From positions 120,001 to 152,000 of the forward strand of contig NW_008806290.1 of assembly GCF_000400465.1 (NCBI RefSeq): 32,000 nt of DNA, in the 5' to 3' direction. Below, one piece after another: positions 9,278 to 22,034 of this stretch. Position 1 is the first letter of the stretch, and each line of letters opens with the position of its first letter. Made by a program: the position numbers and the translations under genes. The notes below the pieces were generated by a model. It was not told the DNA's origin, searched no databases, and was given only the letters and a program-made list of their open reading frames with translations. Origin of the DNA: Wallemia ichthyophaga EXF-994 (taxonomy: Eukaryota > Fungi > Basidiomycota).

Positions 9278-10893
9278 TTATACTTCATCTTGGTCTGCAT
9301 GGTACTCTGTATAATCAGGTCTCTCCGATGCCTGATACTCATCAATCATATCCTGAACCACCTCCCTCGAATCATGGAACTCATCCATGTTATTTGAGAA
9401 CATCTTTTCACGCTTATATGGCTCCAAGAATGCGTTCCTCTTCATTAGTCTATCATACTGATCTCTTACACGCTTAAAGAGTGATGCAATCGATGTATGA
9501 TTAGCCAGCATCAACCCATTAACCCTATGTGAAGAAGGCACGTAAGGCGATTTACGCGTTAAAGCTACTTGGATTGATGCAGGACCCCAAGGAATAAAGT
9601 TTGCTAATTGTCTCTCCCTTATTCTTAACAAAGACTTGTGAACATCAGTTGGATCAACATCACCTTGGATTATATTCAACAATGAAATATAACAGCTATT
9701 TTTTGATGTTGGTGCACTAACCATTCTGTTTTTTGGTTGTAAAAGTCTTCTCATGACGTCCAAAACTGTTGTCTTCCTGATTGACTTGGCTTTTTCAATT
9801 TGATCTGAAGTGAAAGGTGTATAAGATGTCATTAAGAAATGACACCGTGGAGTTGGTATAAGAGATGCAATAATTGATGATAAGTCGTTGTTCATGTAAC
9901 CCGGATATCTCAGTGGTGTTGTTGCCGCTGACATGACAGTTGATACCTTTTTCTTTGTTAGAGTGTCTTAATACATGAAACAGCAACCTCACCAATTGAT
10001 TGGTTTGCGAGAATGACGGATGTGGCACGTGTAATCTATCCGCTGCAATTCTAGACAGAGCAGCGTTATCCAGAACAACAACACTATCCGCGTGATTGAC
10101 CAATCTTTTCAAAGCGAGCATGCTATTGTAAGGTTGAACAACAACATCCGAGGTTTCCTGATTATTTGGAAAAACAGAGTACGTCTGAATAAGCTTTTTC
10201 GGGAACCTATCATTCAATCTTTCAAGCAGAAAGGAACCTAAACCAGAACCGGTACCACCTGCAATAGAATGCAAAAGCATGAAGCCCTATTTAGCATAAA
10301 GTGAGCTAATTTCAATCATCATCACCTTAACTAACCTCCAACGAATCTGAACCGTCAGCCTCTCTATCAATCATATCAAAAACTTCATCATAAATACGCT
10401 CAGCTGCGTGATAACCCATAGCCCAGTTATTTGCAGCACCACCACCATCTTGTGAGACGTAGATGTTTTCTGGGTTGTATAAGTTTGCAAATGGGGACGA
10501 TAGTATGTTGTTGACGACCTAATAGCGTGACAAAGTGAGAAGTTTGTAGAAAATATAGAAAGAAACGCACCCTAGGCTCTAAATCGACTAGAATAGATCT
10601 TGGAATGTAATGATCATCGTCTGCTTGATAGAAGAAGACGTCTTTTCTATCAAAACCCGCATCCTGAGCGTGGTCTTCTAGTGTACCATCCTGGGATATA
10701 CCATGCTCGTGACAAAGCTGTTGCCAGAATGAGTGACCAACTGATAGCGATCCGTGTTAGAGTCTATAAACGCGTGTCTAGCACTGACTAACTCGCGTTT
10801 CCCGCTTGACCAGCTTGTAGGGTACTATAGAAGCGTGTCAAAAAGCATAATAGACGCTATTTAGACGGAAATTCACATTAATTCTCTTCCCAT
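9278..10893 (-). CDS. TUB4: Gamma-tubulin
   Basis: Spliced N-terminus [18 protein letters not shown]...[68 protein letters not shown]. Confidence 0.95.
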
Positions 10894-11134
10894 AGAGTGA
10901 TTGAGTGATTGTACTGAACAAGATGAAAATGGAAATGTCAAGTTCAAATCTGTGTATGTGCTTTGGATATGTGTATATTTTAAGTATTCAATATACACAG
11001 CTATATCCACTCACAAATCCCCCAACTCCGCGTTGCCAGCGTCGAATCCACGTAAAAAGTTGCAAAAATTAAAATTTAATTATACAACAATATAAGCAAA
11101 TAAAAATAGACAACTGATGAATTCAACTTTATTT

Positions 11135-11144
11135 AAATTTTTCA
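11135..11144 (-). promoter_or_regulatory. RRPE-like element (TGAAAAATTT) upstream of NOP1
   Basis: AAATTTTTCA on the plus strand, 125 nt before the fibrillarin ATG. RRPE is the known ribosome-biogenesis promoter motif in yeasts. The context is AT-rich, so a chance match is possible. Confidence 0.4.
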
Positions 11145-11269
11145 TAAAACATTTCACCATGTGACAGATTTTCCCGCCTTCTCTCTTCTGAGTGCACATT
11201 GAAGGCAAAGTCTTTTATCAGTCGCATAACCCAGATCTCTCCCTTTAAACTCATTCATATCTCTTAATC

Positions 11270-12339
11270 ATGGCTTTCGGTGGTGGTTAGTCTCCAGTCT
11301 TCTCTATCACCCTTCTAAATTTTATCTCAGATCGTGGTGGTCGCGGTGGCGCAAGAGGCGGTCGTGGCGGTGCAAGAGGTGGATTCGGTGGTCGCGGTGG
11401 TGGCAGAGGTGAGCTGAATCGCATTTCAATTCCTCCTCTCTAATTTTATCCAGGTGGTGCTACCCGCGGTGGTGGTGTTCAAGGCAGAGGCGGTAGAGGC
11501 GGTGCTCCACGTGGTCGTTAGTCTAGTTCTACGCTTGAAATACTCACTCTAACTCGTTTCCAGGCGGTGCTCCAAGAGGCGCTCCAAGAGGTGGCAGAGG
11601 TGGTAAACCTGGCCCAGGTGGAAAGAAGGGCGGTAACGTCATCCTTGAACCACACAGACATAAGGGTATCTTTATCGCTAAAGGAAAGGAACACTTGCTT
11701 GTCACAAAGAACTTGGTCCCTGGTGAAGCCGTTTACGGTGAGAAGAGAATCGCCGTTGAAGGCGACGACGGCACAAAGGTTGAATACAGAGTCTGGAATC
11801 CTTTCCGCTCCAAGTTGGCTGCTGGTGTTTTGGGTGGTTTGGACAACATCCACATTCAGCCTGGCTCAAAGGTCCTCTACCTCGGTGCTGCTTCAGGTAC
11901 TTCTGTTTCTCACGTTGCAGACGTCGTCGGTCCAGAGGGCTGTGTCTACGCTGTCGAGTTCTCCCACAGATCCGGAAGAGATTTGGTCAACATGTGTAAG
12001 AAGCGTACAAACGTCATCCCAATCGTCGAAGATGCTCGTCACCCAATGAAGTACCGTATGTTGTTAGGAACTGTTGATGCCATCTTTGCCGATGTTGCTC
12101 AACCTGATCAATCTAGAATTGTTGCCCTCAACGCTCATCACTTCCTCAAAAACGAAGGCCACGCTGTCATCTCCATCAAGGCTTCATGTATTGATTCTAC
12201 CGCTCCTGCTGAGGCCGTTTTCGCCCAAGAAGTACGCAAATTGCAACAGGAATCTTTCAAGCCAAGAGAACAACTTTCATTGGAACCTTACGAGCGTGAT
12301 CACGCTGTGGTCGTTGCCCGCTACGAGCGTCACAAGTAA
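11270..12339 (+). CDS. NOP1: Fibrillarin, box C/D snoRNP rRNA 2'-O-methyltransferase
   Basis: RGG/GAR N-terminus split by short introns, followed by [54 protein letters not shown] and LEPYERDH. Confidence 0.97.
11331..11635 (+). repeat. Low-complexity Gly/Arg (GGT/CGT/AGA) coding repeats of the fibrillarin GAR domain
   Basis: Repeated ggtggtcgcggt / ggcagaggt units within NOP1 exons. Confidence 0.8.
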
Positions 12340-12454
12340 ACGTGAAAGCGTGAAAACGTGATTCAAAGTTTAGACTCAAGATTACTAGCAGAATAAATTT
12401 ATTATCTTCTCTCTCCTTTTGTACTTTATCACATACTACGAAAAAAAAAACTAT

Positions 12455-13313
12455 CTATTTGTGGCGTGAAAGATAAGTTAAAGTCAGCGAAGATCCTATT
12501 ACCATTCCCATTAAGACTGGTGCGAAAGACTTGAATACAGAGGCTGCTTTGCTTAATGTCAATGAATGTGCCTTGGGTATCTGATCCTTGTCGTATCCCT
12601 CCAATATGTGCTCAAGGTCTTTGTCAGACATTTCTGCGAGCTCATCAAAGCTGTAATTGTCGCAGACTTTGATCATCCATTTCATCCGCTTAACGCCAGG
12701 CTTACCGCCAACTGTTGGCTCAATTGCTCGAAGTTTTTTTCTCAAACTACCTACGTTGGTTATCGCAGGTCCAATAGTCTTTGGCAGTGCATTCTCAACG
12801 ATACCCTTTAGTTTGGCTGATATTCTAGGTCCCTGACCACCGGTAGATATCAATATCTGCAGTGGACCTCTTCTGACTATAGAACCGAAGTAGAAGTCGC
12901 AATTTGGTGGTATGTCAGCCACATTTGTAGCGATATTGAGCGACTTTGATATATTATATATGTGCTTCGAAGTTTCTACATCGTCGATAGCTGTCAACAC
13001 CATATTTGCATCCTTGAAATCATTCGCGTCTTCAAACTGTCTATCGACGTAATCAAATATTTGACCAGAATCAACTCGATAAGCGACTTCTTGGTTTAAT
13101 CCATTCCTTGGGCAAATTAATCTGATTTCTAGATTGTAATTTCAATAAAAATATATGCATTCCCGCTATTCACTCACTCGCGTCTGCATTTAAGAGATTG
13201 ACGATACGACCAGCAGCAACTTCACCACCACCGATCAAAACGACAATCTTTTCCTTCAGCTGCCATGCAATCAACAAGCCACCGCCTGGTTGAATTTCTG
13301 GATACGTTGACAT
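12455..13313 (-). CDS. MET8: Siroheme synthase (precorrin-2 dehydrogenase/ferrochelatase)
   Basis: GGGLLIAWQLKEKIVVLIGGGEVAAGR Rossmann motif, NVADIPPNCDFYFGS and ISTGGQGPRIS. One intron near 13133-13178. Confidence 0.92.
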
Positions 13314-13389
13314 GAGTGATTACGTCTGAGAGCAGCTTTCAATCAAGTAAAATGAATCAAATGCTGAAAATATAATATATATTTGCTAT

Positions 13390-16300
13390 TTACATTGTAC
13401 GCCAGCCACCCTGATCACTAACAAGATCCAACTTGCGTCCAATCCACGATGGAATCTGGTGATTAACCCATATTCTGTATATCTCATTTAATCTTCGCTT
13501 ATGCAGGTATTGTGGTTTTCCACGACTACTTATATGAGCTTTATAGTGCGAGGAAATCAACTCAACTCACCGAATACCAATATCTACTTCACCGTGCGCA
13601 TCCAGATATGGTGGTTGCGCAAACGATCCCTTATTATCGTATAGGTAGAACGTTGCTGACTTCTTTGGCATGAAATATGCTCCGACTACACCGCCACATC
13701 TGATATATGTCCGTTTAGTCAACGCAATCAAATCAAATCAACTTACTTCTTCATGTGTGTGTTGCATTCACCAACCTTGGTCGACTGGTCATGACAACAG
13801 AACGACTGATGACAAAGTGATGCCCCACAAAGCAAACATAGCGCAGGATCTGATGGTACTTGGTTGCAGTTTGGACATACTCTCGTGAGAACATCATCAA
13901 TCAAAGCTGATAATTGATAAGGCAATGCTGTCAGTCTGTATATTTGTGGATAATCCAGCTTCAAAGTATAGTCTCTCGGTCTCAGCTCTTGTACATGATG
14001 TCCGAAATGTGAACACCATCCTTCAACCATTCTCTGTATTGTCGTTTGTCTCGATGAAGATGTATTCAATGCTTCGTTTGGCGGTAATATCTCTAGCTCT
14101 TTCATTAGTCGCATAAACTCGCAGTCGCTCTCTTCTTCATTCATTCCGTGCATCTTAACATCACTTTCATTACTCTTCTTGGTGAAAAGGACTGGAGCCT
14201 TCCTTACTACCCTATTCAAAATTGAAACCCTCCTTAAGAATGGTAGCATGTAGCTATACATGAGCTTGGATATATACTCATCTGGGAGTAACTTTAACAT
14301 TCTCTCCCCATCGTTGTATAAAGCAGTGAATGATTGCAACATATAATGAATCACCGATGAAATGTTCCCGAATATATGCTCTGCATTGGCAGGTAACCTT
14401 TCTATCTCTGCTGGTGGTCTTAATAACGGCGAGTCTGCAACACCATCTGTTCTAGATGCTTGGATGAGTGCAATAACTGTTCTGACTAATTGAGCATAGA
14501 AAGTAAGCGTTATCATAGGTGGTAATGACTCTGGTGCTGTTGCTGCTGTCTCTACTAGCAAGCTGAATGGATCGCGCAGCAACAAAGGCTGACGAACATT
14601 ATCTTCTCTACCAAACTCTGGTAAAATACGCTGGAAAATACCCTTGGCTATTATTTGCGGACCATTTGATTGATGTACCGGATGACGAGTTGCTAAATTT
14701 TCCAAACAACCTAACATACTTTCAATCATCAACAAATGTAATTCATTCACTTGATCGGAAACAGATCTTTCATTGCCTCCTGTACCACGGAGTGCCACTT
14801 CAATTGATGATATCGTGTATGCGACAAGTTCACCTGGTAGATACATTCCTTCACTCGATAACTCCTGTGCTGCTGGAATACTGCTTTGTCTCATATCCTC
14901 TGCATTCATTGAAATAGGTTTAATTAAACCCATTAATCTATCTGTAAGTGCAGATTGTGGATTCTTTTCGATGTTATCCAGCTTTGAAGGAGCAGATCTA
15001 GCATACCAAGGCCAAAATTCACCAGAACCAGTCTCTTGTTCTTGGAAGTCATTCAAAAGCGATACTTTTGGATCTTTGAGTAGATCAATCGATACAGATC
15101 TAACCCATTCTGTAATCTTAGGGCTGCTTGAGACTGCTTTTGGGCGTTTAAAGATTGGCATGATAGCATTACCTAATCCTTTGCATAACGGACATATAAA
15201 CTCCTTCCACTTAGGCTCGTCCGGCTGTGTTCTAGCGATTTGAGACTGATGGCGTGACACACTCGACGCGAAGTAAGTCTCGAAACACGATAAGTGCATT
15301 CTGTGTCCGCATGTTGACATGTGTAAGCCCAATCTGGTGTGCTCTGATGAGAATCCTGGAGTTGTTGTGTTTGGTTGAGTTGAACGGCTGTTTAGTTTGC
15401 TCTGAATAAAGCTTTGCTTGTACTGATTGTCAACACTTGCAGGTGATGACTCAGGACGTTTATCGAGATCGTGCGACATCCAAAGTGGTTCATAAACAAA
15501 ATTAGGATCGAGTGATGGAGTGTTTCTAAGTAGCTTTGATGGTTGAACGAAAGCAAGTGATCCGAACGACGTCCCACCCAAAACTTCCTGACAGACTATG
15601 CAGTCGCCAAAGTCTCTGTGATCTGCATGCGGATCATCACTACCCAAATTATCCTCTACTGCATCGTCTTCATCTTCCATATCTTCATCCTCATCACCCA
15701 ACTGATCCAGCAAGTTTTTCTGCTGATTAGCGAACTTCTCCATAATGGCTGTTTGTCTTGCTTTGGCAGCAGTCTTGCGAGCTTCAGCAGGATCTTCAAT
15801 TGGCTCGTTACTAGCTGGTTGGATGATTTCTCTGCTCGCACTAACAGCATCTCCACAAACATCACTCAATTGATCCAAAATCCAACTAATCCTTCCTTTG
15901 ACATTTACCAGTCTTTGGTCATTCTCGTGCTTACACAGCAACTCTACGAGCGTTGAATGCATAAGATATCTTCTTGAACCAGCGAGCTTTGCAAAGATGG
16001 TCTTGGCTTCGACCAAAGCACACATAATAAGATGCAGTGCTGCTTCAATTAGTATATCACGAGTGAATGATGCAGCTGGTCTGCCCTGCTCATCTCTCTC
16101 GTTGAAGGCGTTAAACAATGACGCGTATACAATTTGTTGGAATACCTCTGTCTTGTATACACCAATGAAGGAATTATACGGTCCATTCGTAGGCACATCG
16201 AGCTTCTTGGGAATGTGTATTGCATTCTCTTTTCCGATGCGCTTATAAAACTTCTGCAATGACGTCGCAGCTGCTTCGCGCATGTTCCTCGTAAAGTTCA

Positions 16301-19011
16301 TATAGTATGGGTCAACATGTTCAAAGTATTCGTCTCGCAGCTCGTATGTTCCATAATCAGAAGTACCATCGGGTGATCTAAACTTGGCAACTTTGTTGAG
16401 TATCCTATCGAACGCAGGATCGTCTACCAAAGTATCTGATATTAATCTAGTAAATTCAGAATATGTTGATGGACCAAAACAGAGTGCGTGTATCAGTGAT
16501 CTTTCGATGCGCTTCTCCTTTGACCATCCACCAATGTTCGTTGGCTCTGTCAGACAGGCGATCAGCAATAGAATAAACTCTTCAGCCATTGCTGGTGTTT
16601 GCTTTTCGTCATACACTGAGTGATAAACATAACCTTCAAACCAAGTGAGCATGTCGAATTTCGTCAGCAGTGACACCAATGCTTGCTCGGCATCGACGAT
16701 AGTGAACATAATTTGAACGTTGAAGAGATCCAAGTCGTAGGTGTTGTCTCTGAACGTGATTTCTCGGTAGTGGTGTACTTGACCACGTACAGAAAAGCCA
16801 TTGCGAACCCACAATCCACAACGAGCTTGAGCAACAAATGCACAAACTAAAAAAACCGTCAGCAGATTCTAAGGTGATTTTCATCAACTTACCTCTCATT
16901 GGCTGCTCAAAGAAGGCAACTGCAGGTAAGAGATTGTTCCTGGCACGTTCGCCGAATATGAGAGGCAGCTCGCGTGTATTGACACCTTCGGGATAAAAGT
17001 GACCTAGAATTTGAACATGCTTCAGAAGATTTCCGAGCCACCAGTGTAGTGGATGATGGAAACTAACTGATTCATAGGCGACACTATAGTCAATTACGTC
17101 ATACGCATGTCCACCAAATTGTATACCAGCTTCTTTGGTTGAGAATGTTGGTCTGTGCATAGTTTTAGCAATACCATCCAAAATGTGCTTGATCAGTGTT
17201 ACCAGTTGAATAGGAGTGAAGTTGGACGACAGGTCACCGAGCGCGTTAGTCACTTTGGTCAATTGTATAGTGCAATTAAAGGCATTAATCCAAGCGTCAG
17301 ATTCGTATTCAACATGCTCATGAACGGCTCTTTGGAACTGGTTCATATCTGTGAAGGGAATGAAGAATTGAATAAAGTCGTCCAACAAGTCCATCCTTTT
17401 TGGCAGCTCATCAACAACGGCTTCATTAGTTAAAAGCGTCTTGAGGTCATGGATAATATTCAGGTATCGCTTGTGTCTGATTGAAGTAGATTCGCAGTCG
17501 ATGATATCATTGCTTATTTTGTCAACTAGTTTAATCTGTTTAGGTGAAGTTCTCTGCTCTGTCAAGAAGGCATAAATAAGATGCAGGATTGTCGTTAGTA
17601 GTGAGTTGGCGTGAAATTCTGAATTGAAACATATCAACGATGCAACAGATGGTGTTGTAAAAACTTGAATGGAGAACAATAAAGCGGAGAGCTCTGGTTC
17701 GTGATCTTGTAATAAGTAGCTTTCAACCAGGTTCTTGTAGACCAAAGCAAACTGCAAGCCTGAGTCTCGTTAGTAAACAGCTCCTGCAAAGGTGATGAAC
17801 GCACCAACACGACAACGAACGTCTTGGTTTACACCCAACAAAGCGACAAGCATATCCCTGAACAATTTACGTGCTCTCTTCCACATTCTGGACTCCAATA
17901 AGAATAAGCACTGTAAATTAGTCATCTGACGCTTGTCTTTGGTGATTTTATCAATGTGGGTTGATGTAGAAACCTTGAGCAGCTCTTCTGCTACAATCAA
18001 TCTCAACTCTTGAGGTCTTGAGTGGCAGAGATCGAATAGAAATTCGAGAAGAAGATGACAAATATCTTCAAGATAAGTGTCGTGAGATGGCCTGATCGTG
18101 ACAGCGAGATCGATGGAGTTGATAATAACAGCAACTTTCAATAGAGCGTTGATATCGCTGGATGACTTAAGTACTTCTCTACCCTAAAAAAAAGTTAGTT
18201 AAGAAAAAGGTGAGAAAATGCAACGTGCGTGTTGATCGACGTGCTCTGCAGCTGTTCTAGATGTAGAGTGAGAGCAGTCAATAGCCAGGGAAACTTGCTC
18301 AATAACTTCATCGAAAGAGTGGCGTTCATCGTTCCACAAGACGACAGACCAAGGGCCAGGCTCAGATTGAGATTCAGGTTTAAGTGTAGGGAGTGACTTG
18401 ACCTGAGGAATGTTGGTAGGGGGGGTGAATTCGGTCGGGGAATGAGCAATAGTGTCAATAATGAATTTAATGATTGTAGAAACGTAGAGACGTGCTCTTT
18501 GGAGGGATTCTTCGGGAAGGTGAACATTCACATTGTCTGGTTCATCCAAGTGCGCGGGTCTTCCTGGATCGATTCTCCAAGCTTCAGGATCGCCACAATC
18601 GCAACAACCACCAGCTGTCATAAGGCTGAAGCTGATCTGGTGATTACTGAAAGGGTGATCGGGGGAATCTTGAGGGTGAGTAGCGTGAAAGCAGCGTGAA
18701 CAAAACACAGTTGTTGGATCTATAGCGCAGTCTTTGCACCTGTAAACGACGTCACCCTTCTTAAAAACATAACCACATGGTTCAAATTGAGATCTGCCTC
18801 TTCTCCCCCCGAGGAACTTATTCTGCAGCTCATTGAATCTTTCATTAGCGCCAATATCGAGATGATCGCCGGTAACGCCAAAGAAATCAGGCGCAAAAGG
18901 GCCAATGAAGGATTTGTAGAGGGAGTCCTTTGTATTTGATTGGTTAAAATTAAAAATAGAATCTCTTTGAGGGTTTTCCAGTAAGCATCCAAGGACTTGT
19001 TCAAAGCTCAT
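13390..19011 (-). CDS. UBR1: N-end rule E3 ubiquitin ligase
   Basis: UBR box (CGYVFKKGDVVYRCKDC...GGCCDCGDPEAW), ClpS-like domain (VVLWNDERHSFDEV), LWVRNG, RING-H2 (CIVCQE...CGHRMHLSC...EFICPLCKGLGN) and C-terminal CPNC...CLLCG, PPYLDAHGEVD. Several short introns. Confidence 0.95.
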
Positions 19012-19032
19012 CAACGTTAACCAACAACGGTG

Positions 19033-20915
19033 ATGGCAGATGTAAAACTCTATGATGTGGATCGATATCAATTTAATTCGATAGATTTCCACGCATCTAT
19101 AACACAGCATTTAGCATTAACTGATAAGCAGCACTTGCTGGATATCAGAGATGCCGGTACGGAGGATGGCTATATGAGGGAATTCGATGGGGACCATATG
19201 TACATATTTAACCTATTAATCAAGGTTATGAGATTCGTCAAGGATTCCTTCAATAGACCAATTTTTGAACAATTCGAATTCATCCCAGATCAAGCCCAGG
19301 ATCCCTATTTCCACTCTATAGTCACAGATCCTTTCTCCTTATCTCAATTAGAGAAGAATGTTAACTCCGGCTTCTACATTACCACCAGAGCCTTTGAATC
19401 AGATTTATTCCGCGCTTTCGACGCTTTCAGATTAGGTAGCCCTATCGGTAGTCTCCGGTACGGCAACGTAAACATTCTCCAGCGTTTTTATGTCGGCCTT
19501 TTTGCCCCTTCTCATTTAACACTTCCTCAAGAATTCAATTTCGCCTCTGCAAAAGCTGGTCCTGGTAACCCTTTCGCTGAAGAACTAGCTGAAGGTCAAC
19601 CTGGAATGGAAGGTGTTGGTCCAGCTACTTCTAGAATCCTAACAAGGCATAGGTATTTTAAAGACGATGCTCAATTCAGAGATTTACACTTGAATATGGG
19701 TGATTGGGTGCATATCATCAACCCAGACGACGCAACAAAGCCTATACCAGCTCAGCTGTTCAAGGTCTTCACTCCTGATTACTCCTCCCATATACACATA
19801 ACTGTTTGCAGATATTACAGGCCTGAGCAGACTGTTCATGCTCCTTATAGGACTTTCTACGAAGACGAGGTATTCAAGTCGGGTAATTACGTTGATTTAC
19901 CAATTGAAGATCTTCTCGAGAAGACTTTTGTTATGTTTGCTACTAAGTATTCCAGGGGCAGACCAAAGGAGCACTTATGGGACAAGCGCAGACCACTTTA
20001 CGTCGTCGAGCACAGGTATTCACCAAAGTCAAAAACAGAAACAGGTGGTTTCTCAAAGATTAAATCGTGGAACGCATGCATACCTGAAGAAGTACGAAAA
20101 ACAGAGTATGAAATGGACTCATACGATGACCAACAAAAACCAGCGTCTTTGATGTCACCCTTTATGCGAGGTATTGAAGGACCAGGTAGAATTGACGAAA
20201 ATGCACCACCTCCTCAAGAAGTTGGCCCTGTTGCTGTTAGTAATGCGGCCATTGTTGCTGAGCAAGTTAAATTGATGCCTGAAGGTGCAATGGTCTCGGC
20301 AAGTCAAGCAGGGCAAGGCTCAATGTTACTGAAGAAGCAACAAAAGGACTATATGCTTCAGCAAACGACTCAAGCTAGTAAAAAAATACAAGGTGAACTC
20401 AAGAAGACCACCCCAATATACGATAAGCCATCAGTAAAGCGCGACAGAAAGGGTAAAGAGTTGAAAGAGCTCGACAGATCGATACAGAGTATGTGCAAGA
20501 AGAGAAACTTGGGTGATCATGGTGAAGTCACTACTATCCCCGAAGAGACTGGTAGGTAGTTTACTCTGTTGATGGTGTGCTCTAACCAAACGAAGCTGCA
20601 TTCTTTGAAAGAGACGCTGAAACTAACAAGCTCAAGTGGTTTTCTGGTATGCCTATGATATTACCAAAGAGAGGACAAACTGCATACTCGGCGGAGTACC
20701 TTCTCCATAGACTCGAAGGCGAGCCGCAAACGAAGAAAAGCAAGACATTGCCTTCTATCTCTGAAGAGTCTCTGCATGCTTTCGATGACTTTTGTCGGAA
20801 TACGTTTGAGACGCAAAAAGAAAGTCGAGCTGAAACCAATACAACAGCACTAAACGCAAGTGAACCACTTCTGTATTTGTCTGAGAGCATATCAAAGACG
20901 ACTAACTTATTGTAA
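19033..20915 (+). CDS. RSC1/RSC2-like chromatin remodelling subunit (degenerate bromodomain plus BAH domain)
   Basis: Bromodomain-like segment (KDSFNRPIFEQFEFIPD...FESDLFRAF), BAH (GDWVHIINPDDATKPIPAQ...CRYYRPEQTVH...FYEDEVFKSG...KIKSWNACIPEEVR). Intron 20552-20595 joins to AFFERDAETNKLKWFSGMP. The start codon is uncertain. Confidence 0.85.
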
Positions 20916-20951
20916 AGTATCATATAAATTGTCTTTCTTAAAAACTGTCAA

Positions 20952-21946
20952 ATGATTGATAAGATTCTTATATGCAGACACGGAGTAAGGAGTTGAGCAC
21001 ACAGGGATTCATCTAACAAGCAATAAACAAGTTTAGAGCCAATTGGGTTGACAGTAGCTGGTTGGTTGGGGTTGAAGGAGAAGATATATGCTGACGCAAC
21101 AAAGGCCAGCGGAAGACAGAGATACTCCACTGGCTGCGTATGGCGTGGTGAGAATGAGAAAACTAGCGCTACTAGACGTAAAAAGCTCACCGGCGCAACC
21201 AGGATCAAGCAAATCAGCTTGCGGAGCATCTGCGATCGTCATACAACGCGTCATCGATTTACAGTTCGCCGTTCCACAGGTGCCTGCAAACCTCTCAACC
21301 GACTTCGCAGGCGTTTAGCCTCCCAATTCGAGTAGAGCCGGGTGTAAGTGGACAAATAGAAATTGATTGAGCAATGTTCTTATGGCGTGATCAGATACAG
21401 GAATGGTTTCACGAGAATCCACCAAACAAAGCACCTACATTGCATCCTCAGCCGGTGTACACGGATCTCAAGGCTAAATTTGGCGAGATTGACACCCAAT
21501 ACAAGCCCACTTTCTATCCAAATCGTCATGGAGAATCTCTAGAACAACTCCACGAGCGATGCAAGATTGCACTAGCAAATCTCATCAGGAGGGAGGAAAG
21601 AAGGGGAGTTTCTGGTACTATTCTTCTCTTTACACACGCCGCTAGCGCTATTGCACTTGGCAGAGGTCTGCTCAATGACCCAGATAGAAATATTAGAGCA
21701 GGTTGTGCTTCCTACTCTGAGGTAAGCGTACTGCACACGCTCATCCAATGTTAATTTTTGTTTCAGTATGTCCGCCGAGGGGACGCTTGGGAGATTACAA
21801 AGAATGGCAATAGTGACCATCTCATTCAAGGAGAAGAGCGCCATTGGGACTTTTCACTCTCTACTCGTGAATATGAGGATGGTTTGCAAGGTACTGAAAA
21901 TCTTGATCAGGGAGAGTGGGGACTTGTTCCAGAAGCTCGTCTGTAA
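20952..21946 (+). CDS. Histidine phosphatase / phosphoglycerate mutase-like protein (related to the tau55/Tfc7 N-terminal domain family)
   Basis: Spliced MIDKILICRHG-FRANW, DTPLAAYG, SSPFHRCLQT, EPG-IQEWF, ESLEQLHERC, LFTHAASAIALGRGL. Five short introns. Confidence 0.85.
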
Positions 21947-22034
21947 GGAACGAAGGGATATTGATCGATATTGTCGTGGTCCTCAATAATCATACATAGA
22001 GTCTTAGACATTACATGGTGTAGAACTAGTCAGA

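Noticed and set aside
19200-19500. RSC bromodomain lacking the acetyl-lysine-binding Asn
   Set aside because: Degenerate bromodomains are common in this family, and I cannot show it is lineage-specific without an alignment.
20952-21946. Functional link between the tau55-like phosphatase and the unusual Pol III locus
   Set aside because: It is 18 kb away, retains the catalytic RHG motif and shows no TFIIIC-specific domain. The co-occurrence is uninformative.
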